From contig OZ320317.1 in the NCBI GenBank assembly GCA_976226885.1, positions 78,492,001 to 78,556,000 of the forward strand: a DNA stretch of 64,000 bases, read 5' to 3'. Each line of letters opens with the position of its first letter. The stretch's first letter is position 1. Made by a program: the position numbers and the translations under genes. This DNA is from Iphione sp. A-MEVVRFRX5. Lineage: Eukaryota. The notes beneath the pieces were generated by a model, which did not search any database, was not told the origin of the DNA, and saw only the letters and a list, made by a program, of their open reading frames with translations. This document shows, piece by piece, positions 12,625 to 24,578 of this stretch.

Positions 12625-13392
12625 CTGGGGAAAGACAAGGCGAAAACCTTCATGAAGGGAAGGAAAGTGGGTATGGGAGCGGAGACTAAAGGGAAATAAG
12701 GAGGAAGAGCGGGCGAAATAGAAGAAGCGAATGAGAGGGAGAGAGTTACGAAGAGTATGAAGAAGTAAAAGAGTTTGAAGACACGAGCGGAGGAGGAAAA
12801 GAAGAAGGGGTATAGAGAGGGATGAGGACAGAGAGAAAGCGAAAAAAAACTAGAGACAGACTGAGAGACCACGTAGAATACACCGGTGGAGCGAAAGCGA
12901 AAAGCAGTTGGGGATAGACAAACAGGAAGAACAGGGCAATCATGGGGGTCGAGGGAATTAGGGCTGAAACCAAGAAGATTGCCACGGACGAGGGTTTGGG
13001 AGGATAGATGGCAAAGACAGACCTGATGATACACGTAGGACATCTCAGTTCGTACTTTCTTGAATCCAGCTTGCTGAAACGATGACTAGAAACACTTGCA
13101 AAAATAAATCAATATCCTAGATACTTGTCCAATCCTTCCAATTACAAAATATATGTGGCCAAAGAACGAAACATTTTTAAATACTCGGTCCCGTGAACCA
13201 CGAAGCGTGTAATGAATATATTCAATGAGAAAGCTGCCACGCCATATGAAAAAAATCTAATCTACTACTGTGCCATGTTAAACGTCTCACACGCACCGCC
13301 GCCTTTTTTTTTAATCGTGGCAATCAATGCACACTTTAAACAAGGTCCAGTGAGTCGGAAAGAGCGTTTCCAGAGACCAACAATTAACCTAC

Positions 13393-13502
13393 CCATTCAT
13401 GACAGCGAGCTCTGGTAGCCATATCTTGTCTGCCTTGATAATTATATCTGTGAGGTTACCGAAGTCCTCCGGGTCCCATTTGAGACGGTCGTCCTTCCAC
13501 TC
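13393..13502 (-). CDS. Exon 4 (110 nt), loop A: EWKDDRLKWDPEDFGNLTDIIIKADKIWLPELAVMN(G)
   Basis: Acceptor CCGACAG|GAG, donor GG|GTAGGT, phase 0-2. Same length as the 110-nt nAChR exon, with W.D..L.W.P..(F/Y)G and IW.P(D/E) motifs. Not in the ORF track. Confidence 0.96.
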
Positions 13503-13641
13503 CTGTCGGATGGTGTAGATAACATACACAAGATTTAGAACTAGCACGAACTGTAACCCTCCGCCCCCCTTCTTCCGCGGTTGCCTTGAACGTTAACTTT
13601 TATGTATAGTTTTAGTTCTAGATTAATGTTTTCAGGATTTA

Positions 13642-14114
13642 GAACCGGTTTCCATACTGTTGTTTCTGCATAAATTGGATTTGCATCATGTGAAAATCAC
13701 CCATTGTCAGATGAAAAAAAATCATGCAAATGCAGGGGGGTATAGTTTACTTGTGTCTGTGTTATGTGAATGTATTATATGTAGAAATTTGCAAAAAAAA
13801 AATAATGGAAATATGTCGAATGTCCCAAATGTTTCTGGAAATGTCCTTTGTACATCGTTTTCACTTGATGTACTCTCTCACACACAGCCTCCTTTTAACC
13901 CTATCTGCAATACACCTGTACTACTCATGTAATTGTATGTGTTTGCATGAAATCTATGAGCATCATCCAAATATGAACGATGCAAACACAATGCAACTGC
14001 AAACACAAACACACTAATGCAATGCAGGTATGGAAACATGTCCACTGGGCAGGCTTGGTTCATTAGAAAGGTAATGCAAATGGAATTTGTTAATGCAAGT
14101 ATGGAAACTGGCCC
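13642..14114. mobile_element. PIF/Harbinger-type MITE in intron 3
   Basis: Imperfect TIR GAACCGGTTTCCATACT / AGTATGGAAACTGGCCC, with TTA on both flanks (13639-13641, 14115-14117) and a TGCA-rich interior. Confidence 0.7.
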
Positions 14115-14415
14115 TTACAGATTAAGGTTTGTTTTTCAGTTTCACAGAACAGAATGAATGTTACAGAATACCAGATTGTTTGAATGAGCTTTCCTGACAA
14201 ACACGACAATTTGAGAACTGTACAAACATATTATAACAGAATATTTTTAACTATGTTGAACCAATTCTTATAAGATTTTTTTGGTGAAATGACAACTGAA
14301 AGGAATTCAACGTCATATTATCCTTTTATGATTTTTCGAATCCTTTTTATAATACCACTGCTTGTTTTGACCTTTTTAGCAATGTGCGCACATGGGCATC
14401 TACAACAGTACTTAC

Positions 14416-14460
14416 AGCGATTACTAGACCTGTAGTAGTCAAGACCTGACTCCTCTCGTC
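14416..14460 (-). CDS. Exon 3 (45 nt), loop D: DERSQVLTTTGLVIA
   Basis: Acceptor TGTCTGTCCTTGCAG|GAC, donor GCT|GTAAGT, phase 0-0. Same length as the 45-nt DEKNQVLTT exon of vertebrate nAChR genes. Not in the ORF track. Confidence 0.95.
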
Positions 14461-16579
14461 CTGCAAGGACAGACATAAGAGGAATGGGTCAATACTACGA
14501 CGTACATCATAGAAACAGATAGAGGACGAACAACAGATGCTGGGGCAAATAAAAAGCCTTCGTCAAGCGACATTCAATTTTATCCTGTTTATGAGGTACA
14601 TGCTACATATGATTATCTTTTCTTCTTTTGTAATCAGCAGGCTAACACTCACAGGCGATGAGATAGAGGTACATCGGTTCATCATATTAAACACGACATC
14701 AGTCGTAGCAGTAGCTGCTAACTCCCTGCACCCCTTCCATCTTTCCTTTATCAAATTGAATCAAAAGTGACGTTTCGTTAGTTAGTAGAGAGCGGGTGGA
14801 AAATGTCCAGATTGTTGCATTAAATCCCCGTTCTCGATGATAGTAGTACGCAGACCACGCCATCTGGCGACATGATACTATAGGACTCGGGAGCGGGGCA
14901 CGGCCCGGAGGGGTGGAGGCTGTTCCTGTAACGAGGCTAGCGGGTGGAGTAAGCGCTGCAGATCCCCTGGCGACTGCCCCTAATAACACCTGCTTCTACA
15001 TGGCGGGCGAGTAGTCGAAGCTGGCCGTAACGATGTACGGACAAGCTAAGGACTTTCTATGGAGAGCGAGAGGGAGAGCGAAAGGGAGCCAATATGAATG
15101 ACGGCAGGGTGGGATGAAGGTCGTACTGAGATGGCCGAGTGTTTCTTCTCCCCCAGGTTGAAAGCTATGATATCCATCTCCCTCTTCGCCCCCGGCGGCG
15201 TGTTAGAGGCAGTAAATACGATTAGTCTGGAAAGGTCGACCGGCCGGACAAGTGCACCTACTAAGATTTAGGTCTATACAATTGACGTGGACATACACTC
15301 AACTGTAAGCTTACTGCTGCCTTTTCCATCATTTCAAGAAATGGCGGCTGCGCAATAAAACTAGCGGGGAATTCTTTCGTGCTGTATATGCAATCTGAAT
15401 TGTACTGCTTGTAGTCAGCAAGGGGTCACCGTTGGCTCGTATAATTCCCCTCGCATAATGCAAAGCTAATACAGGCTGTATTCTCCCAGCCTCCTGAATT
15501 ATTGATTTACTATTGAAGCATTGTGCCTATAGGTAGAGCTATTTTTCAGAAGCAGTCTGATGTATTCTGCTAAGTTGATATTCCGTAATATAACTTGTGC
15601 ATATTTACAAAAGAAGAAAATGATGCCTTTATGTAATCCTCTTTGTAATATCTGAAAACTATCTTCAAATGAAAAACTGTTGAATATACACAAAGTATGA
15701 TGATGCATTAAGCTAAGGCATTAATGCTTGTGATCCCTATGCTCTTTACCTGTGGATCCACTAATTGTCTCCTGGTAGCACATATAAGTTTGTTCATTGC
15801 ATTGTAGAGGGAGGAGCATGACTACCGTATATGAAGACGAAAAAATAAAGACAAAACCCCAGTAGCTCATAGGATGGCAGGGAAAATAGAAAAAGGAGAT
15901 TGCAGGGAAGTGGAGTCTTGCGCCACAGTGAAGGATACCTGAGCAAATATTCGACTGCTCGAACACGAGCACTGCTACTACCTCTCACGCCCCTCCAATC
16001 TGCAAGGCTGATTGCTTATCGGCCCTCCAACCCATACAATCCAATCTGTGAGATTGGTGAAGGGATCAATAACCAATGACCACACAGATTTCCTCCGACA
16101 GCACTCCTTTTGCAGGCAGTGTTGGGTCCAACTACCTCGGGTTATTACGTCAGAGCTCCCCGGACGCTAGCTAAAAAGAGTCGATGCTATCTTGGGCTAT
16201 TTATCCTATCTTGACGTCTCTGACCTGCCAGTATTGAATCTCTCCCAAAAGCTGCCTTCAGACGTGAATGGCCGTGTTCTGAAAGGTGATAAAATTATAT
16301 ACGTTTGGTTCAAGAATACCTTCATTGCTACTGTCAATTGATACTGAGCTTTGCCGTACGGTACTCCATACAACTTACATTTATATACAGCAACATTCGA
16401 CGGATTAATTTTACTCCTGTGCTTTTGGGTCAGATTTGAAGCCGTGGTCAGTGCAACAGTTGTAGTGGCAGTCCCGTCGTATTATCTCTGTTAAAACCTT
16501 AATTGATAGTATTAAAGGACTCGTAAAATCTAGCGTCCGATGCTCTCTTTGCAAGAATCAGCATTCGGCCTACTACCTC

Positions 16580-17046
16580 TGACCCTACACAGCAGACCCT
16601 ACGTCTTACCCCCATATAACAGACCCTACCTGTGACCCCAACACAGCAGACCCTACTTCTTTCCCCACATAACAGACCTTACCTGTGACCCCAACACAGC
16701 AGACCCTTCTTCTTACCCCCACATAACAGACTCTACCTGTAACCCCCACACAGCAGACCCTACTTCTTACCCCCACATAACAGACTCTACCTGTGACCCC
16801 AACACAGCAGACCCTACTTCTTACCCCCACATAACAGACCCTACCTGTGACCCCCACACAGCAGACCATACTTCTTACCCTCACTTAGCACACCCTACCT
16901 GTGACCCCCACACAGCAGATCCTACTTCTTACTCCCATATAGCAGACCCTACCTGTGACCCCCACACAGCAGACCCTACTTCTTACCCGCACACAGCAGA
17001 CCCTACCTCTGACCCCCCCAAAACAGATCCTACCTCTGAACTGCCC
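16580..17046. repeat. Minisatellite, 54-bp unit built from two 27-bp subunits, about 8.5 copies
   Basis: CAGCAGACCCTAC recurs at 16590, 16644 and onward. Produces the repetitive RVCYVGVRS/RVCCVGVTG pseudo-ORFs. Confidence 0.95.
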
Positions 17047-20000
17047 CCTCCCGCAGACACACACACACACAGCAGACTCCTATTCTATCGTAATCTGTCT
17101 TGAGTTCCCTGACGACCATTGCACAGGTCTGTCTGGAAATACATTCTCTGTTTATCTTCACACATGGAGGGTCAGACAATTAATGGTCTGAGACAGTAAC
17201 ATACTGATGACAATCTAGTTGTAGCTTTTGAGACAGAGGCTGCTAAAAAGCAGAAGCAGTGAGGGAGGGCGTATCTGCCACCAAAATATGAGGTGCTCCA
17301 CAAGGATAAATATAAAGTGCCTCTCTCTGTGCCCCCGAAGGAGCGACTAAAACATCGATATGCAAATGAGGGGAATATTGTTTTTTTGCTCTGCAAACTC
17401 ATGGCAATGCGTTCTGTTGGGGGTGACTGTTTGAACTTGCCATTGAAACAACAAAGAATATTGTGAACATGTATTGCCTAGCAACTCAAAGGTAAAAATG
17501 CCATGAAGATTGACGGATGTGAGTGAACTATGAAAGTTGAAGCATTGTTAAGTGGGCGGTTTATACAAGCAGGCAACGCAAGCATGCCATGAGAGTTGAA
17601 ATCATCGATGCTGTCACAATGCATTACGTTTTTCTGCTATTTTCGCTCAGTAACACAAGACGAGGTCAGTGATTAACTGTTCCTTTGTTTGTCCCAATTG
17701 ATTGTAGAAATCAAAACTAATACGTCCAGTACTCTAGGTGGATTGATTCATAAAGAAGCAAATAAAATATTCATACTTATGTGGTATACCAGATTGCAAC
17801 GGAAATAAATCAAATAGATAAACTTTCAGAATTTATAGGATAGCCACCGGCTAGTACGTCACTGACACAGAAACATTGATGTTATGTTCTGTACCCTTTC
17901 TAGCTTTCATGTCCTCCGAAGTTGTTTACGAGGTCCGACAATTAGCTCTGAGAAAAGTTACTCGTAAAATATGCGCAGGATTCTAGTATTAGCTCATCTA
18001 GTATCTACTTAAAGGGCTTCTAATTTATAACCTTACAGCAGACTTCAACGACCAAAGAACAATGTCAGCGCCATGAGAATCTATATAAAGGAATATGAAT
18101 ACGTTACATTGGCAGACACATTCATCTAAATTCAAACAATCTAAATTGGGTAGTTTGATAACATTTGCTCTCGTTCTTACGCCTACGACGCATAGCTCTA
18201 GCTTTGTGCCTTATGACAAGAACATAAACAACGCACTTAATGACTCATAAAGTTTGGCTTGGGACTTCCTGGAAATGAACATGTTGCGACAATTTCTAAC
18301 TGGTTTTAATATCTATCGATGAATACGATCGGTTTGAAATGAGATCGCCGAGATCCAGAACATTGATATCTGGTTTCCATAGTGTCGCAACTTTGCCAAG
18401 GTCGACCAGGAGAAGATTTATGACAAACACTAGACACAGAGGCGACAGATGCCAGGTCAGCATTTGCCTGGTGGGCGCAGGCCAGGGTAGCCTGAGTGCG
18501 TGGCGCTCCTTGAGTAGTGAGGAGAGACGTTGTCAGCGTGCAGTGTCAGCTCCTTGCTGCACCGCCGGAAATAATAGCCCATCGGGGACGTGGAGATTCC
18601 CCTGGCAGCTTCCGTATAGGTTACATGTTCTGCTCCCTCCCATCAGCTTTTTGCATTCAGCCACTCCTACTTACGTCTTCTGGCCTCGGTTCTTGTTTAC
18701 GCGAGCCGGCGCATCTTGCGCCTTAACTTGATAATTTGTACGCTGTTTTGATGGCTCCCGTAATACAATTGGCCCAACCAATTCGGTTATGTCGTCAGGT
18801 GCATTGTTTTTAAATTGCGCTTTTTCTGTCCTGAATTAATTCAAAGTTGCCCGGGTGAGTTGTTACTGTCATTTTCTTTGACTTATCCAGGCACCAAGCG
18901 AATAACATTTGACGGAAAATATTTGAATCGGACAGTTTAAGGAATTCAATGAAAAAGAGAGAGGGAGGTAGACAGAGACAAAAACAAACAGACAGAGTGG
19001 ACAAAAGAAGCAGATAGCAGGGACAGAGAGGAAAACACAGCAGTAATACGTGCGGGTAGAAGTGAGAGGCTCAGATGAGAGAAAAGCTATACATCCTGCA
19101 CCAGACCGCCATGTGCCATCCTCTGAAGACATCATGAGAACCTATTACACAAACTGCAATATGTAGTTCGTTGGATTATCTCTTCCCACAACCATGAATA
19201 ATAAATATAACACAGTTTTGATACTACCGAGAAAAATAGCATAAAACCGATATCCTTGTCATTCACGTAATATACGCTTGCCAAGAATGGACCATGTGTC
19301 ATGCATATGAGCAGAGTGTCGTCCTGTCTTCCTCAGGTTAATATTTCATGGAGGATAAAACAAACATGTGGGTTTGCATTGTATGACTATATCGGCGAGT
19401 TCTACAAAGTGAGCGTTCAGAGTACGTGTTCTTTTGGTGAAATCTTTTCAATGCCCACTAGTCTGACTCCCCTCGACGGACACAAGGAATAGAAGAGAGA
19501 CCGATGGAGTCTGATGGAGTCTTATTTGTCAATAAAGAAGTAAAGCAAAACAGAAGGGAACAAATCCGGGAAGAAGCGCCGTTAAAGGGAACAAGATACA
19601 AGAGAGGAAGAGGGATGGACTAAATTCAGGAAAAAAGGAACAAGCAGGGATATGACGAGTAGGGAGGATCTTGGGCCGTCTGTCAAGTCTGCTTTGATGT
19701 CCGACAAGCTTAGCGACCACACCGCCAGGGGTCGTTTGGTTGTGGCTGGCCAACTCTCGTCACACTGCACGTGGCCACTCTCAAATCCCACCCGCAAGTC
19801 TCGTCTGCCCACGTGATCGATGCGTCCTTCCGGCCGTTTCTCTGTGGTGCGCATGTGCGATAAACCCGCCTTTTATGTGGCTCGGAGGGGCGCCTGTTGT
19901 GTCTGTGCTGACAGGCTGTTCTCACAGAAGCTTGGCTGTTGTTAGCCGACGGATGGCGAAAAAGTGGACGGACCAAAACGAACTGCTACCGCCACCGGTA

Positions 20001-21719
20001 TTGCTACCGCTACCGCCGCCGCAGCCGCCATTCGGGTGCCGAAACTGGACTCGACAAATGATTCAGGACAAACCCTTCGGCGTCCCCCTCCCCAACGCAC
20101 TCCGGCATGTAAGAATGTAAAGTGCACTGAGTACTACGGATTAAATCACTATAAGAGTGAGGGCATAATGACATATTAATGATACATGTATTTTCTTTCT
20201 GAGGTGGTCCTTCTCACAAAGAGACGCATCTCTTTATCAACCGTGAAATGACAAAGAAATACCAAACTTGTACTGATAAGCGTGCTTTAATAACACGAGA
20301 TTAGAGTGCACAGACCGGGCAGGCTGGCAAATAGGTCAGGTGCTCTTTTCTGAAGAATGGGCCTCATCGATTTCCTTCTCTCGACCATTGATCACTGTGT
20401 TTGCGGAAAACCCGTATCTAGTACTGTTTGAAATGCCCAGTCGTGCTACATGCGATGTTAGCGGGGCATAGAAAAAAACGAGGATAGAGAGACACTCACA
20501 GGTACAAATGGAGGTTATTGAGAGGCATCCGTAGTATTCACCATTGTAAAGTGAATGGCTCCAAACGGAGTATAAAGTTCACGCGAAAATGAACTGGGAG
20601 CAACACGATAATTTCATCATGTTAAAGACAAAACAACCTTTCTCAATGTTAATCATTTTCCCAGATGGGGCCGTTTGGATTCGGAAGACTTTGGTTCCAA
20701 GCGTCTCTGGCCTTTTAAAATCTTTTCTAAGAAAAAAAACCCCAAAACATTTCAACTCCGCACTCTTCCCCATACTCCGTACTCACTATTTGCTCGTTCA
20801 TCAAGGGGAGATATATACAACAGACCGTCAATTTATTCCTGTTGTGACATTATCCTCCGCTAGACGTCTCCCTAATGAATAATCTCCCAAACAAAGAGCA
20901 GCGCAGGACGGCACGATTGATTCGTTTGACATAGCTGGCGCCGTCCATGAGCGCCAGGCCCGACGCGCGAGTTGCTCGTCCTCCGCACGTCGAACTGCTC
21001 ACTGTCGGCAGGAATTATGCGCACCGCGTCGAAAGTAAATTAATTAGCTGGCGAGCACCTCTCCCTAGTCGCCGCCCGCTAGGAGGCGGGTTTTACACCG
21101 CCGTCTGGCGGGCGATGCCCCTACCGCCGCCGATGGCTTTGTCTCGATGCACCGGCTTCGCCTCTGGACGCACAAACACGTCCTGGGAGGCGGTCTGGCC
21201 AACGTCCCATGCGTAGGGCATCGAGGGCTTTTTGTTATCAACACGAGTCGCTCAGCTATAATTAGAAGCCCCGTATTAGACACGTCCGACCGGTTACGGT
21301 GGCATCTCTCGCCCGGCCGCAATGGCTGAGTGACGTCAGATCAAGTTACCTCTGCTTGGAAGAAGTTACTCCTCTCCTGGGGGCCGTTGTTATGTCCCCG
21401 TGGTGGGTCTTTATCTTCCAATATGTGAGGATGAACGGGCATGTTCGTTGTTTGTTGGGTACCTGTATAGTTGCGTAGCTGCTGGTGCTTTTGATTGTGT
21501 TTGTGCGCTCGCCTTTGTGTGAGCCGGAGAGGTGTTACCAGGTCATGCGAGTACAAGTACAGTGTACACTCATTCATCTTTGGGTACTGTTGTTGGAACA
21601 CTGTGAAGAGTGTGTATGTACATATATCATTATATATAATATATTCACTTCCTTTATACAAGACGAATTTTTCAACTGAAGATTAGTGAGGAACAAAAGG
21701 TGTTGATAATACAAAAAGG

Positions 21720-22020
21720 ATATTCAAAGAAAAAAAGACGAATGCGCTTTACATAGAAGAGATCCGAAACGTAAGACATGATCAGAGCACAAACAGATTT
21801 GTCACATATACACAGACGGATAAGAGATTGCCAGTTCACACTATGATTTCATTGAGGGACGACTCTTTACAACCCTCTTAAAGAAACCAACATCCTCAAT
21901 ACTTCTTATGGCACTAGGTAGGCTATTGCACGCTTTAATGCCATCACAGAGAAAGCTTGACGATCTGAATTATTGCTGGCCTTTTTTCGATGAAGTGTCA
22001 CTCCAGTAGCCTGTCTTGTT
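21720..22020 (-). mobile_element. 3' fragment of an L2/CR1-type LINE
   Basis: Frameshifted RQAFSV/GIKACNSLPSAIRSIEDVGFFKRVVK fits the (W)N.LP..IR....L..FK..LK end of L2/CR1 ORF2. Followed by an L2-like 3'UTR motif TGTAAAGCGC. Confidence 0.65.
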
Positions 22021-23975
22021 TAAATACAAACACAACACGACAAATATCTTGTCTAAACAGAGACTTTGACTAAAGTGCAATATTATTATGAGTGTACATC
22101 CATGTGAACGTTTCTGTTCATACGTGTGGGTCTCAATTACAAGATGTCTCCCTTGGACAGCCCACGTCCAGAGTCTAGTAACGAACGGGCGCCGTAGCAG
22201 TGCAGTCTAGGGGGGGGGGCTCTCATTCAGAGTCAAGACAGACCCCCATGTGTGTCGTACATCCGCCCTCTATCATGCCTCATACCTGGGCCATATTTCT
22301 TGCTCGCCCACCACGGGAGGGTGCCCTGTACGTGATGACCACAGGAAATGTTTACTACCGACAGTACAGGTAATATCTTACCTGGTGTGCAAGTCTATAC
22401 TTCTGCATCCAATCAACGTCACGAGGAAAAGAGCATCAAGAGGAGGAAAAGAGGACAATAATGAAAATTCTGCCGGGGGAACATCGTGACACGCTAGACC
22501 TTCCTCCCTTCAGGGGATGACGCAGGTCTGGCTGATGCCCGATACTTGAATTACGCCGGTAAAAGCCGCTGACATTAGCCTCTCCATAAAGATGCTGTAG
22601 TTTATGAGTCAAAGCGCGGGGGACACCTAAAAAGACCAATTAATCACCATATCGGTGAAAGCGTGGTTTGCAGGCCTATAGCCCCTTGCTGGGCTTCGTC
22701 ACCTGTTGACCTCTTCAGGTCGATAACCTTCTTGTTCTGCGCAGTGTTTAAATGCCAAGACGTCGATGCTAAGCTACTCACCATAGGTGGCTTATACCTT
22801 GCCTCCAAGCACATCCTATATACGGGAGGCTTACCAGGCTCCTAAATAGACCTAACGCGAAGCCAGGCCTGTGTAGACCATTCGAATCGTGATACGCCAG
22901 CTGAAGCTCTTTTGGAGGGAATGTAAAACCGTTGTTTTCAATATTTGCCAATCACTGGTTTGTATTGTAGGTCTGTTTTCAGTGGTATGTCAAATAAACT
23001 CTGAGATACAATACTCTTTCAGTCCAGAGTTGACTGAGGAAAACCATACCACCATAAGGGTTTATTTCGGACAAAGACAGACCTTTATACGAAATTTATC
23101 TTTAAAAACACACTCAGTTCCTAAGATTTATTCTCAGTTCTGACAAGAGACCGGGTTCCTGACTGTCTATGTTGATATGGAAAGCATCCCCTATGAGAAG
23201 ATTATCGAGGGACAACATTTCGGCGCGTGTTATCAGGTACCAGTTAAATCGTCACATCACCCATGAGCCTCCGATCGGAGATTATTTCATTCTAGATAAG
23301 ATAAACCTGGATCAATCTGGTCCACGTAATAGTAGTCGTGGCCAACGGTATGCAATCTATACAATCCTGTGTCTCATTTGAGGCCCCCTCCTTTCAGCAT
23401 AGTACATAAAACCATCAACCTGTAAAGCACCCAGGATGTATGAAAAAAACATTACTTTCAAAATGGTGAACTCAAAATGTCACTCTTTACGCGAAATGCC
23501 CTGACAGTTACATCCCTCTTGCCTCCGACCTTCAGTGTTTTGACACGGCCCAGCCACCTGCACTTTTCGTCGACGCCACCCGACGGCGTCTCCAGACCTG
23601 CTCTGTCCCTCCCGCGGAGTAAGCCACTCCATCTTGTCCGATCCAGTACTTACCACTTTCACCTCATAGGTAGAATGGAGAAGGGCTCCTCGCCAAAATG
23701 TCACAACTTTTTCCTCTCCCCGCAGGGTTTACTATTAGTGGTGCTAAAATGCGAAGGGTGAGTCATATGAGGCGGTGTTTGCCATTTTTAAAAGGATTTT
23801 TAAGCTATTGTGTCTCTGATAGCAAGTATGTATCACGTGTAAACACGGAAGCACCCGGCACTTGTCAACAATCAGAAACTAAAATACTTTGAATGGGACT
23901 ACCTAGGTTTCTGGCCAGGTTTTTCATGTGATATACAGCTCGTCTTTAATTACATGTATATTTTAGAACAGATCA

Positions 23976-24032
23976 AGAGAGAACGAGAGATAAAGAAAGA
24001 GAGAGAAAGAGAGACAGAGAGAGAGAGAGAGA
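23976..24032. repeat. (GA)n-rich microsatellite
   Basis: Direct inspection. Confidence 0.85.
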
Positions 24033-24578
24033 TGCCAGGAAAGAGGCGAACCTATGTGTAAAATATTCCTTTGACAAGAAAGATTTATTCATATTTGCAG
24101 TTGTCCCTCTATTTTGTGGCACAAGAACCTATTTTCCGTACACCATCGATATCACAACAATGATTTGTTACTGGTAACACCAACAATTCCTTTTTTCGAG
24201 CAATTCCTTTGTCGCAAAAGCCTTCCATAGAAGCCTAATGTTAACTGAATCATATTCTGGCAACAAAGCAGAACCCAACACAGGTAATAAATAGCCTCTT
24301 TGCATATTCTGTGCCTAGAATGTTTCGATATATAAACTAGTTATACGCTGAAAATATATATAGCTGTGATTGACATATTGAGATTGTCTTTGAAACATCA
24401 TGAAGGGATCGAAACGTTTCTCCCCTGGAGTCGTTTATTTGAACACGCTGCTGAATGGACTTTTTCCATCTGACACTTTGTTCTTTCCATAAATCCAAGG
24501 ATATAGAGTGTAAGCTCGTCCACAGACCAGCTTATTCCCTTGCTGAAATCAGACCACTTCAGACCTGACGTGTAATCG

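Noticed and set aside
12625-13043. N-terminal 140 aa of the 320-aa ORF 12081-13043
   Set aside because: Read-through of the pyrimidine-rich intron 4. True coding begins at the 12624 acceptor, in phase with exon 4.
14653-14725. Alternative exon 3 (GTGAGT donor)
   Set aside because: 73 nt, purine-rich acceptor, in-frame stop at phase 0, no loop D similarity.
16580-17046. CRISPR-like array or Cys-rich repeat protein
   Set aside because: Head-to-tail tandem units with no unique spacers, eukaryotic intron context, no splice signals.
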